A stretch of DNA of 64,000 nucleotides from Haliotis rufescens (Eukaryota). The stretch lies in the NCBI RefSeq assembly GCF_023055435.1, contig NW_025963835.1, positions 4,464,001 through 4,528,000 on the forward strand, in the 5' to 3' direction. This document shows, in pieces, positions 51,497 to 64,000 of this stretch (position 1 is its first letter; every line of letters starts with the position of its first letter). A program made the position numbers and the translations under genes. A model generated the notes under the pieces. It did no database searches, was not told the DNA's origin, and saw nothing but the letters and a program-made list of their open reading frames with translations.

Positions 51497-53321
51497 TATA
51501 TGTTGCATACGAAATGCATGTGTATGGTTAAAAAAGACACAGTATTCGGAAAACAAACACGGAGGCTGTCAATAGGTTCTTCGCTTCGCTCAGGTCTGGA
51601 GTTAAAAAAACAGTACGTCTGAAACATGCAAAATGACTTTATAGCTTGGTAATATGACCTATAGTAATCAGTAGTAACATCCTCTTCGGAATGCTGCTGT
51701 AAAGGGGTTGTAGGTCGTCTATATTCGAAAGATAATATAAAAAGTCAGTACCAGAGAATATACAGTCTCGATTATCCCCCGAAACAGATAAAACTGTAAG
51801 CATTGATGTTGCTTTCTACAACTGTCATTGAAGCAACACCTTTTGCACACCTTGATCACCTGTAGCTATCAGTCTGAATTGAACAGGTCTCGCGATTTTC
51901 ATCATTACCAAGTGAATGCAATCTCTCTGGGAACTTTACACTGAAGTTGATGGTAGTCCATCATAAATCTTAGTATGTCGGATCTTTTGATACCTTCATA
52001 GAATATTAATGCGATCCGAAATTTGACAACCGATAATAATTCCCTAGAATCCCGTGCTATTTTGAGATCCACACAGCAGACGACACAACTACGTCACTGT
52101 GGCTCTCATGTGGTCAACTAAATGTTATCCTAATTTCAGGGCAATTCTTAAAGGATATTTTATGAATCCTATGAACTTGCTGTCATCCATAATGCTGTGG
52201 AGGTCTTCCGATAACCTTTGGTGGAAGACAACAAAATGTGACATAGCCTGTTTCTATGTCACCCGCAAAACTTCGTTTGGTCAGGGGTTTAACAAGATAC
52301 ACGCGCGGCAATGTCCTTAATTCCAGGATCATTTATCTCTACCAACACGAAGCAAACAAAACAGTATTGATTAAACGTAGAAGATAAACGCTATTACATT
52401 AGTTAACCTTGACAATGTTGGGGAGTGGTAACAAGAATCATTTCCAGTTGTCAAACCAATAAGTATTGTGTTTAATTTTGGATGAAATACATCAGACGAT
52501 GGAACATGGCGTTAGGTTTCCTTTACGGATGCGTGTGTTGGTGACTCGGTGTCAATTTATCGGCATGTGTGATTGAAGAGAACTAACACACGCCATGGAG
52601 AGCGTACTTTTCACCTGAAGCACCGTTATCAGGACAAGCATTACCAGAAAATTGTTTGGATTCAGAGGAAAGCGCCCTAATACACTGTTCAGGAACAATG
52701 TCTTTGGCAGTGTTCTTTCAGCGTAAGCGAACGAAAGAAAGGATAACGACTTGCAGATGACCGTTTACAGAGAAAAAAAATCCACTGGAATATTATTTGT
52801 TCTTGTACACGTAATGGAACATAGCAGAACATCGACTGTAGTCCACAAGACTTAAAGGAGAGCGCTCGACAATTTGGAAATGTAGTAGTTTGAAGCGTTC
52901 TTGTTTTCACCAACTCACCAGCTATATGAAACAAAAACAGGAATCTGCTGCCATCTTCAATATTCACACAGCGCCTGTATTGACATTACTGAACGAACGT
53001 TGATCCACCTATATACATTACGTTAGCAAGTTTGCTTGGAACTGTTTGTGATTGTCATTGTTTATTATATCAATGTATTTATACATACTAGTATTTGAGG
53101 ACATTGTTTGGTCTCGGAATGTAGGACAAACCCATTGGGTTGTTTCTGTGTTCCGTTCTTTAATTGTGATCGTTAGGATAGGTACAAATTAGTGACGTCC
53201 ATTCTTGATATCTCATCATGATATGATAGTGATGGAATATTGCTACAAGTGGTGTAAAATCGTTTTGTGAAAACCGGCGCGTCAGCATTTGGAAACAACT
53301 TATTCTTACTTATTAAATAAG

Positions 53322-56300
53322 ATGTTTACGAAAGTAAAACACTTTACGGGTGAGATACCAACCAAAAATCAAGTCGTGTTGTCCCCCGTTTCAGCTTCAT
53401 TCTTTAAATATTTGCGTGTCATTTCTTGTCTCGGAGGAATCCTTCGTCGCGTGAGCCCTGGAGAGAAAATGGCAAAGTGGGACAGACTAAAACTTGTGTA
53501 CGTCATATTTATTCAACTAGTTTTAATGACAAGCGTTGTCTTCTTCTTCATTGCTACCTACAACTTTGCGATTGACTCTAAACATGTTGCACGTCTACTG
53601 GCGTTCTGTACTGTCATGTTAATAGGTGTGTACTTGTCATTTATCTACAGTATCTTTCTGTCAAAAGCATTCCAACTGTTGCATGTTCATTTTTGCAAGT
53701 ATGAGGAACGGTACGGATTCAGCGATGGATTCAAGAAGTGGATGAGGAAGTTGAGAGCAACTGTGATTGTCGTTCCTTTATTCGCGGTAGTACTAAGTCC
53801 ACTAAAATACTTTATGACGATGGGCTATCCTGAAGTTAGGGACGATATCTATCCTACCAATACCTTTATGGAACCTTGGAAATCAGTTGGATTAGTTATC
53901 ACGTCCATTGGATACACATGTTTAGAGATTCAGTGGCAAAGCAGTTTTATTGTTGTACATTTTCTTTCGCTGTTTTTGTGGCAAGAATTTAACCGTGTTG
54001 ACACACAATTCCAGGAACTTGCAAACAGTCAGCGTGGAGACACTGAAGCCAGGTTCAATACCTTGGTAATTCATCATGTTTGGATAACTGAAGTGCTTGA
54101 GGATATCAACAACTATGTGCAACACTTTATATTCACATGTGTATTTTTTACTTTGCCTATTATTTGTACAATGGTGTATTCCATTCTATCCAATCCAGTT
54201 AATTCTGTAGAAGTGATTGCTTACAGTACAGGGTGTACGTGGACTGTCCTGAGTTTTGGTCTCGTACTGCTCGGTAATGCACTGGTCAGTTCAAAGGTAA
54301 GGATTTTGTCTTTATTTTATACTGTTTTATCTTAGGATATACATGTGTGTAATGATTATCATATCAGAAATCGTGAGTGGGTGAATCAATGTGTTTTTGC
54401 CGCTTTGAGCATTCTTTCATTGCGTGTCAGCTCAATGTGAGAATGATGCAGGTCTTAGACGTTTTTGTTGAAATTTATGAGTATTGGTATGGTTTGTTAT
54501 GGTACGGTGAAGACGCATAAGAACCAACTTGAATTTCGAACGCACAATCAGTGGATGGTAGCAGGACTAAGGAATACAACAAGGAGTACATGTAAGTGTA
54601 CAATACAATGTTATGGTTTTCATTGCAGGCTCACGGGACTCTACAGTACGTGTGGAGGCTTGACAAAGAACGTTTCTCTGGCAAAGGGCTACAGAAGGTA
54701 TCTGTGAAACTACCTTTACACTTTATTACGCCTAGACAAAATCATGTAAAATGATACCCCGGCCTTAACACCCACACTGCATAGCTGACACCGCTATATC
54801 GTTAATCGCCTCTTACGACAAGCATAGTCGCCTTTTACGACAAGCATGGGTTGCTGAATACCTATTCTACCCCGGATCTTCACGGGTCGACCTCAGTTGG
54901 AGCAAGTGGGGAGGATAGGTGACTTGGTTGATTGCATGCCATTGTACCCTGCCTGAGTATAATAAAAATCACTGGGTTGTTTGGTTCAGACTCGAGACAG
55001 TTTTTCAGTCAGTTTCACAGTGGTCTGATTTAGATCAAAACATATTTGTGCCAGTACTAAATTAAATTTAGAATCAAACGTGCAAGGTGAGGTTTTAATG
55101 TTTAATGGTAGCATAGCCCTACATTGAAAATAAGTGCGATTGTATTCTACATGTAATTCTTCCATGACGAAATTTAACACAGATCTGTTGGTGAATTAAA
55201 TACTAAAATCTGTCTGATATTTTTAGCAGTTTCAATTAATAGACATCGTTATGTATAGGTGGGGGCACGAGTGGCCCAGTCGTCTAAGGCGCCGCGATTC
55301 GCTGTGCAGAGTTGCGTCCCTTAGGCACGCCAGAAACCTATGATTGTGGCTTCGAATCACGGTTAATCGCCCAGATTATGTTTCTAGGTTTGTCAGCACC
55401 CTACCCGTGCTCGTGGGTTTCACCGAAGTGGTAAACGTCTGAGACCCGCATCACTTCGGGCTTTTCTCCCACACTTCGGGCTTTTCTCCCACATTGAGCT
55501 GACACGCTGTGATATAACTGGAATAATGTCGAAAGCGGCGTTAAAACCAACTCCCTCTCTTTGTATAGGTTATGAGAAGCATCAAAAGTGTAGGTTATTA
55601 AGTGGCACCATAAAGAAAATGAAGTGAACCTTTCCATGTGTAGTTCTACATCACATCATTATTATGACGTGTTTGCATTCTCACGCAATAAATAGTATGT
55701 CACACTTCACAGAAGAAGCGCCAATTTTATGATCTTTCGACGATAGTGTTTTATACACAAGCAAATATATATTGGTGTAATTCACAATTTTGTACCGTTT
55801 AGAGACCTACTTCGCAACAGTTTGCATGTCATACTTGGTTGGTGAAGCAGTGAGGAATACCATGTTTGTTGAAAGTAACATGCCACATTAAGATCGGACA
55901 GGAATTTCCAGAGGGTGAGAGACGCCATACCAATGACTGGGTGATACATTTTTTGCTTCTGTTAGTTCCTAAAGGAAAGGCACATTTCTTGCATTTTGCC
56001 AAAGCCTATTTAACGTTAAATTAGTTAAATGTTATGTTCCTCCCTCAGACCCAAATATTTAAAAGTTGTAAATTACATTTCGAGAGTTTCAAATATCAGC
56101 CAATTTGAAGATTGTAAAAGGTCATGGTGATCATCAAAGTAAATGTCATGACGTGCAACCGACCAAGTCACTGAGTCTTGCCACAGACCATTTGATCACC
56201 TCTTTGCATACTTTAGGTTACTGGGAACCTATTTTAAATTGGCACATAAAGAGCATGTTTAGTGGTGATTGAAAACCGCGATATCGTTATCGTTATCGTC

Positions 56301-56673
56301 ACTCAGCATTTATTTCACGGACAGATAAGGCTGCCTTGTTGCCCACCATATACTGTCATGCATGTCATGGTGTGCATGGTCATAGGCTCATTTGAAGTCT
56401 TAACCTGCTTTTGTACTTTAGATGAACCTGTTTGTGTCAAGACTGACGGGAGACAGTATCGGCTACAACATTCATGGCCTCTTCACCATCACCATGCCAA
56501 CACTCCTTGGGGTGAGTCATATTATTATTGCACGTCGTGGAAATAGCGAGGAGTCACTCAGTCATATAATTCAGTAATATGTAGAATCCAAATGAAAATT
56601 ACATAATTTGTTTACATATTTACTTATATTGATATCTATTATAACATTTTCTATGTAATTATATTATTATTAC

Positions 56674-56704
<31 letters not shown>

Positions 56705-56975
56705 GCTATTGTTTTCCATTACTGTCCTTTTATCGTTTACATACTTCTCTTATTCCGGTCATAACGAACCATAAACCAGATACTGTGTATGAACAGTTCA
56801 CTATGTTCCGTATTAGGGAGAAGGAAGACACGATACTTATTACAGCCATGTCATCCACTTTCAGATTGTAGGAACACTGGTCACCTACATAATTGTGGTT
56901 GTACAGTTCAAGCCACCGGACACTTCTTGTCAATGCAACATGTTAAGGAATCTCACGGAAGGTGATATGCATTGA
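53322..56975 (+). CDS. GRL copy 4, 414 aa; exons 53322-54296, 54629-54697, 56422-56511, 56865-56975
   Basis: GT-AG phase-0 introns; exon 4 = IVGTLVTYIIVVVQFKPPDTSCQCNMLRNLTEGDMH*. Confidence 0.9.
54798..54888 (-). mobile_element. SINE family B, 5' fragment
   Basis: Begins exactly GACCCGTGAAG on the minus strand. Confidence 0.7.
55260..55559 (+). mobile_element. SINE family C in GRL4 intron 2
   Basis: TSD tgtataggt; internal 20-bp duplication cacttcgggcttttctccca. Confidence 0.88.
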
Positions 56976-58667
56976 GGAAGACATCATGTAACATCACGTG
57001 TTGGCTCTTGTCATCACTTACTTCAGTGTGTCGTCCTAGGCTTCTCATTGTCTTGAGCGGGAATGCTGAGGAGGTGCATTGATATGACCATAGGGACGCC
57101 TATGACATGCATGACGACTGACACTCGCGTCGTCATGTGAAAATCTCTAAGAAAATGTCACCAAAATATTAGCTAGGACATGGTTTTGGTTTGAGTTACT
57201 TATTATTCACAACAATCTAAATAACTTAATATTTTCATTTGTTTCATATTGCATTGACGAATTTAATTCAGCTTGTGTAAATAAACCCAACAATCTTTAT
57301 TTAACTCAGTGGGGTCATTAGAATCAGTTTGTTTATCTGAAAGACAATAATTCCGCCGCTAAGTGATTGTAACCGGGGTATTTCTTGTTTTCCATTTTTG
57401 GTAAGCTATATGTATTCGCCAAACATTTTGATCGCTTACTTATGTCTTGATTTTCCTGTTAATCGTTTAAACAACTGCACCATTAGTAGAATTTGAAGTG
57501 TGGTTACATGTGTCGTGATTGCGTCATTACACCTGGCGTGACTTATGTTATACTTCAATTAAAGTTGCTTTATATGTTGTTCTTTCCAACACATTTCACA
57601 AACCGAACATTTTCACAAGAAACCACTGAAAGATAAAAATCCATTATATGATCATCTACTGTCTCTTGATCTCTTTTACTGTTGGCTTTTGTGTGATAAC
57701 TACCAGGAAAGCAAAAAAACTTGCATAATTACTGCGTAATATACAATCAGTTCTAATGTGAATCTGAAGAAAATAGAATGATTATTATTTCATATTTATA
57801 TCATTAAAATTGACAAATTCTCTACAATCTGTCTATTCGTCTTGTTGTGTGTTTCAACTACCTGGTTGAGAGGTACAATCATGATCACCAGACCTTGAAC
57901 ACACAACCAGTAGACCCCGACTTGTAGTTGTAAGGCTGTTCGCAAAATGGGATGTTGACGAACAGGGAACAAGCCGTCTTTAGACGATAAACACATTCCA
58001 ACTGTAATGACATAACCTTCGTTTATCCTAGTTTTTTTGTGTTTATTCAGATGGTGGTGTCCGGTATATGTAGTATTCAATGGATCGTTCTACATTTGTC
58101 TCTTGTTTGAGCCAAAGATAATTAGTTTTAAGGTTGTGCAAAAAATCAGGGCTTGATGTGGTCAATGTATCATATGTTACGTTATATACACATTGTAGCA
58201 GATGGGGGAACACATTCAAGCACGCACAATCATGCAATAATCTTCAACGTGGCGTTAAAACCCCATTTCACCTCCCCTGACCTCACCATTTCAACACTTG
58301 CATGTTTTGGACTCTTCGTCTCTTTATCGATGTATATGCCGGACTAAAATGTGACAAAAAGGCTGATTTTAGATGTCTTTGACCGAAGCTGATTTTCCTG
58401 GATAAAGACAGTACAACAATATGGTTAAATAAAAGTCAGTTGGTGAATTTGGGTGAACGCCGCTTTGCAAAGAGTTGTGCAATTGTTTCAGGTTGAATGT
58501 TGGAGGTATAGCACTGCTATCAGGGGCGGTAGGCATTCTCAGAAATGTCTTGAGAATACTCTTAACTTGCTAAAAGTTGTAATACCTCGAAGAGTAACGT
58601 TTAGGTTAGCTCAAAGTGAAACTCTGAGAGCAGCGCTTAGTTCGGACATTGGTCATAACCAGGGGGA

Positions 58668-59330
58668 AACTACTACTACTACTACAACTACAACTACAAC
58701 TACAACTACTACGACTACTACTACTACTACTACTAAAGAAAATCTGGAGCTCAGAGCGCTCGCTCAAAGCCACAAATACTTATGCTGTGCCCGTCTTTTC
58801 GTATTCTTTTGGTGTTGTTGATTGGACGAAACAAGAAATTCAGGGTGACTCTTGCACACATTTATTTGTCTGATGATCCTCTTGTGAAGCATGTCAAGAC
58901 TCATGGTGAAAGAAAGGCATTCCACAGTTTTCTAAAACGAGCCAAGGATGTGGGACATAATCTCAATGTCGGTGTTGATTTTGTTAATGTTTCTGTACTA
59001 ATGAACGACCACTGCATCGAGTTTACGTGCAGAATGTTGAGATGATCAGCAACTCCGCAGAGTCCTTTGCTTAGATGAAGTCGTCTGGCCTGAAAAGTGA
59101 AACAGAGGGCTTTCTGTTTGCCGCTCAGGACCAGTCACTTCCAACTCGAAACCGCCAATGTGTGATTTTGCATTAAATGTGAATATGAAATGTAGATTAT
59201 GTAATGAATTTAATGAGACTGTCCAACACATTGTCAGTGGATGCCAAGCCTTGGCACAAACACATAATCTTAAGGATATGATGGCATGGCTCGATCATTT
59301 TATTACCGTCTTCGTTTTGACACAGAGGAC
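58668..59330 (+). mobile_element. RLE-type (R4/Dong-like) non-LTR remnant preceded by an (ACT/ACA)n microsatellite
   Basis: ATNTYAVPVFSYSFGVVDWTKQEIQ and the CCHC knuckle KCRLCNEFNETVQHIVSGC. Confidence 0.6.
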
Positions 59331-59689
59331 CATATCCGGTTTTGCTGCCAGGAATCCAACCTTTCTGACAATTAATCTGCATAATGCAGAAGGTTGCGGT
59401 GTTCACATTCACAGAAAAAAGTTCTTGTCGGGTTGACTAGGCAGCGCTTCCAGTGAGAAGTCACATTCGCTGTCTAATTTAATTGACAGCCTAATTTAAT
59501 TGAGCTCTCATTTATATTGCGTACATTGTGCATGGGCACAGTTGAAAGAGATACATACAATCGCAGGCAACAGATAAAGCTGTTCGAGACACGTCGCAAC
59601 TCACGTTGCAATTGGCAACACTATTAATGGATGATGAACATTTTGCTGCAACTTGTTGTTTCAAGCATACAGGCCTTGTAAGATAGTTT

Positions 59690-59910
59690 GTCACGGCGAA
59701 ATTCTTTTACCACGTGAACCCGATGCACAGGTGCGTTATCGTCCTGGAATATGTAGTCATCATCGGGGTAATGACGAACAACATCAGGCCAAACTTTGTC
59801 ATTCTGAATATCAATATACTTGATGATGATAGCAAAAATGGAGCCTTCTACAACTGTCAGTGTAGCAACACTGTGATACGTGTTGGATCCCAAATCATAA
59901 GGCCACAATT
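59690..59910 (-). mobile_element. Tc1/mariner catalytic-domain remnant
   Basis: YIFQDDNAPVHR. Confidence 0.65.
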
Positions 59911-61688
59911 TTGACGATTTCTTTACACACCTTTAACTTTAACTGGTCTGTTGATTTTCATCATTGCCAAGTGAATATAATGTCTCTGGCATCCTCACGC
60001 TGAATTTCATGGTGGTCCAACAAAGATCTGATGATGTCAGAACATCTTATTCCTGCATTGAACAATAATGCGATCTGTACTTTGCCAGCAGATAATTATT
60101 CTCTAGATTCCCGTGCTATTTTTGTTTATGCTCATGCGATCCACACAGCAGACGACACACGTCCACGTGACGCTCACGTGATCAACTACTTCTTATCTTA
60201 CTTTTCAGGGCAATACTTAAACAAATATTACCGCACGCTGAAAATTTAACTGCAAACATTATGCTGTGCGGTTTTCCGAATATTTATAGTTGAACAAAAT
60301 GTGACATTGTACCAACTTTGTGATGCATCCCCAAATTATGAGGCCACAACTTCACAGTTTGTTCAGAGAAAGTTCCTTTCCTGCCTTCACAGAAAATATT
60401 AGTGGCGTCGACGATTTTGCGCACATCTTGCTCACCCGTTGCTGACAGGTTTCGGGAATTTTCATCATTACCAAGTGGGTACTTTACACTGGACTTCATG
60501 ACGACACATGGTGTCACAACTACGCCCATTTGACTCTCACGTGATCAACTACATGTTATCTTAATTTCTTAAAGAATATATTACAGCCCGCTGAAACTTT
60601 AATCGCATGAGCGTGCAGTCATACATTATGTTGTGCGGTTTTCCGAATACTTATGGCGGAAGGCAACAAGATGTAACATAGCCTGTTTCTCTATCGCCCG
60701 CAAAACTTCGTTTGCGTAGGGGTTAACAAGATTCACGCTCGGTAATGTCATCAATTACATGATCATTTGTCTCTGACACCAGAACTGTTGAACCAACACG
60801 AAGCAAACAAAACAGTATTGATTGAACGTAGATAATAATCCCAATTACATTAGTTAACATGGACAATGTTGGGGAGTGGTCACAAGACCCATTTCCAGTT
60901 GCTAAACCAATTAGTGTTGTGTTTAAATTGCTTTTAAACAGTCATAATGCATTCCATTCGGATGAAATGCATCCCATGATGGAACAGGCATGTATTGGTG
61001 TATCATGTCACTGCGATTGCAGAAAACTAACACACGCCACGAAGTGCATATTTTCACCTGCTGCGCCGTTATCAGGACAGACATAAACAGACAATGGTTT
61101 GGATTCAGATGAAAGTGTGCAGGAACAATGTTTTTGATAGTGTTCTGTTCGCGTAAGCGCACGTAAAGGAAGATGACGACTAACTGATTATCTTGTTCAG
61201 AGACTGGACAATTATTGGAACTGGAATATTATTTGTTCTTGTACACGTTATGAAATAAAGCAGATCATAGACTGTGATCCGCAAAACTTGAAGGAGAGTG
61301 CTTGATAATTTGGACATAATATAGGAAACCTTCACTGGATACTCAGCTATATGTACAGACGGAAGTAACTTGAAGCGTTGGTGTTTTCACTGACACAAGC
61401 TGTCAGAAATTGGAACAGGAATCTGCTCATCTTCTTCAATATTCACATAGCGCGGGTAACGACATCACTGAACAAAGGTATATCCTCGATTGTGAGAGAC
61501 TTTAGAACAGACAATTGGAAACGTGTACATTACAAACTTTAAGAGGCCTATTCTTGATGTCTGCTCATGATGTGATAGTCATGGAATATTGATACAAGTG
61601 GTGTAAAATCATTTTTACTCGCACATTGATTTTGTGATAATTGGCGCGTAAGTATTTGGAATCAACTTATTCTTACTTATCAAATAAA

Positions 61689-63034
61689 ATGTTCGCAAAA
61701 GTAAAACACTTTACGGGTGAGATACCAACCCAAAATCAAGTCGAGCTGTCCCCCGTTTCAGCTTCATTCTTTAAATATTTGCGTGTCATTTCTTGTCTCG
61801 GAGGAATCTTTCGTCGCGTGAACCCTGGAGAGAAAATGACAAAGTGGGACAGACTTAAACTTGTGTACGTCATATTTGTTAAAATAGTTTTAATGACAAG
61901 CGTTGTCTTCTTCTTCATTGCTACCTACAACTTTGCAATTGACTCTAAACCTGTTGCACGTCTACTGGCGTTCTGTACTGTCATGTTACTAGGTGTGTAC
62001 TTGTCATTCGTCTACAGTATCTTTCTGTCAAAAGCATTCCAACTGTTGCATGTTCGTATTTGCAAGTATGAGGAACGGTACGGATTCAGCGATGGATTCA
62101 AGAAGTGGATGAGGAAGTTGAGAGCAATGGTGATTGTCGTTCCTTTATTCGCGGTAGTACTAATTCCACTAAAATACTTTATGACGATGGGCTATCCTGA
62201 AGTTAGGGACGATATCTATCCTACCAATACCTTTATGGAACCTTGGAAATCAGTTGGATTAGTTATAACGTCCATTGGATACACATGTTTAGAGATTCAG
62301 TGGCAAAGCAGTTTTATTGTTGTACATTTTCTTTCGCTGTTTTTGTGGCAAGAATTTAACCGTGTTGACACACAATTCCAGGAACTTGCAAACAGTCAGC
62401 GTGGAGACACTGAAGCCAGGTTCAATACCTTGGTAATTCATCATGTTTGGATAACTGAAGTGCTTGAGGATATCAACAACTATGTGCAACACTTTATTTT
62501 CACATGTGTATTCATGACTTTGCCTGTGATCTGTACCATGGTATATTCCATTCTATCCAATCCAGTTAATTCTGTAGAAGTGATTGCTTACAGTACAGCG
62601 TGCGTGTGCACCCTTCTGGGTTTTGGTCTGATACTACGCGTTGGTGCACTGGTCAGTTCAAAGGTAAGGATTTCGTTTACTTTTTAATATATTTTAAGGA
62701 TGTGCCTGTAGGTAATGATTATCATATCAGAAATTGTGAGTGAGTGAGTGTCGTTTGCCAGCTTAATGTGAGAATGATGCAGATCTCAGACGTTTTTGTT
62801 TCATTGGTACTGTTTGGTATGATACGGTAAAATCTTTATTAGCACCAATCCGCGATTCGAACGCACAGTCAATGGATGGTTGTAGGGCTATGGAATACAA
62901 CTCTATAATAGACTTGAAAGGTGTACATATTGGTGTACAGTACATCGTTACGGTTCTCGTTGCAGGCTCACGGGACTCTACAGTACGTATGGAGGCTTGA
63001 CAAAGAACGTTTCTCTGGCACAGGACTACAGAAG
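61689..63034 (+). CDS. GRL copy 5, partial; exons 61689-62663 and 62966-63034; exons 3-4 presumably beyond the window
   Basis: 325-codon exon 1 ending SSK|gtaagg; exon 2 = AHGTLQYVWRLDKERFSGTGLQK|gt. Confidence 0.85.
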
Positions 63035-63399
63035 GTATATGTGAAACTACGCTTATACCTTATTACGCCAAGACAAAATCATGTAAAATGATACCGCGGC
63101 CTTATCACCCACACTGCATAGCTGAACCGCGCAGAGCACCAGTGCCGGTCATCGTCCAATAAACCATATCATAAGCACAGTTGAACACTTAGCTAAGATT
63201 GTCCTCCACTTTTGAAAACAAAGTGAGGAACAGACTTCTTTTACACTTATGAGGATCTGTATCATAGGAACAATCCCTTATTCCAACCCTTGAAATAAGA
63301 ATAGAGCTTGACATTTTTGCTTAAAATCAATAACATATCTCCCAGCAACTGGTAAGCCCATAGTTATTCCGATTTGTCTTTCATTAGCAAAACTAAAGA

Positions 63400-63680
63400 A
63401 CTCAGGCACTAATCAATTAATGTATCCGCAGGAATATCATCAATTAAGAAGTGTCTACAATATTTACAAAGTCATATTGACCGATGGATCTAAAGATGGT
63501 GACGCAGTTGCTAGCACCTCTGTCAATAGATCCAGAACCATATCATCTAGATTACCAAATGACAGTTTCACGGTTTATACAGCAGAATCAATGGCACTAT
63601 TAACAGCTCTCAAATATATAAATATTGTAAACATAATCTGGCCATAACAAATATACGCATCAATATTTATTGACACGTGA
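63400..63680 (+). mobile_element. RNase H fragment of an I-group/Nimb-like LINE
   Basis: ILTDGSKDG...RLPND.FTVYTAESMALLTALKYI is the LINE RNase H pattern (TDGS...S/T V.TAE..A...AL). Confidence 0.7.
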
Positions 63681-64000
63681 GGATCCTCCGTTTTGTAATC
63701 CCTTGTGATTGAATAATCACGGTCAATGATCATGTCCTGTCTGACTGTGTCTTAGTCATCACAAGGGATAACTATTTCACGGTTTCATACATAAAGGATC
63801 TTTTAATCAGATTTCTCATATAGTCATTGGTGTTTTTAAAAGACATATAAATAATTGTTAAATTTTGATGTACATAGTTATTTTTTTTACAAAATGGGAT
63901 TGTCTAGTTCTTAACTGAGATTGTTTGTGGCTGCGCCTTGAAAGGGGGTTGGAGTAGCATAAAATTATTTAGAGGGTATCGTAAGATCATTTCATTGAGA

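Overview
Eukaryotic, AT-rich, repeat-dense animal DNA. It is most likely a mollusc; an abalone-like gastropod is my guess from the SINE families, not something the sequence proves. Left end, minus strand: the 5' exons of an FKBP6/shutdown-like gene (piRNA co-chaperone family) running off the window. The main content, 21.2-63 kb on the plus strand, is a tandem array of at least five gustatory-receptor-like (GRL / 7TM ion channel) genes that the ORF track shows only as anonymous 290-350 aa hydrophobic ORFs. Splicing four exons across three phase-0 introns gives 413-420 aa proteins ending in the diagnostic TM7 motif TYIIVVVQF plus an unusual CxC / N-x-T tail. Copies 1, 2 and 4 are intact. Copy 3 has lost its start codon and has a +1 frameshift near the 5' end. 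Copy 5 is cut by the window edge. The array shows signs of unequal crossover, gene conversion and a shared upstream non-coding block. The remaining sequence is four SINE-like families, a nested 5'-inverted RTE-X-like LINE, Tc1/mariner copies, hAT, Penelope, Helentron and other LINE remnants, an unclassified TIR element and a 20-bp minisatellite. All coordinates were counted by hand; TE boundaries may be off by a few bases.
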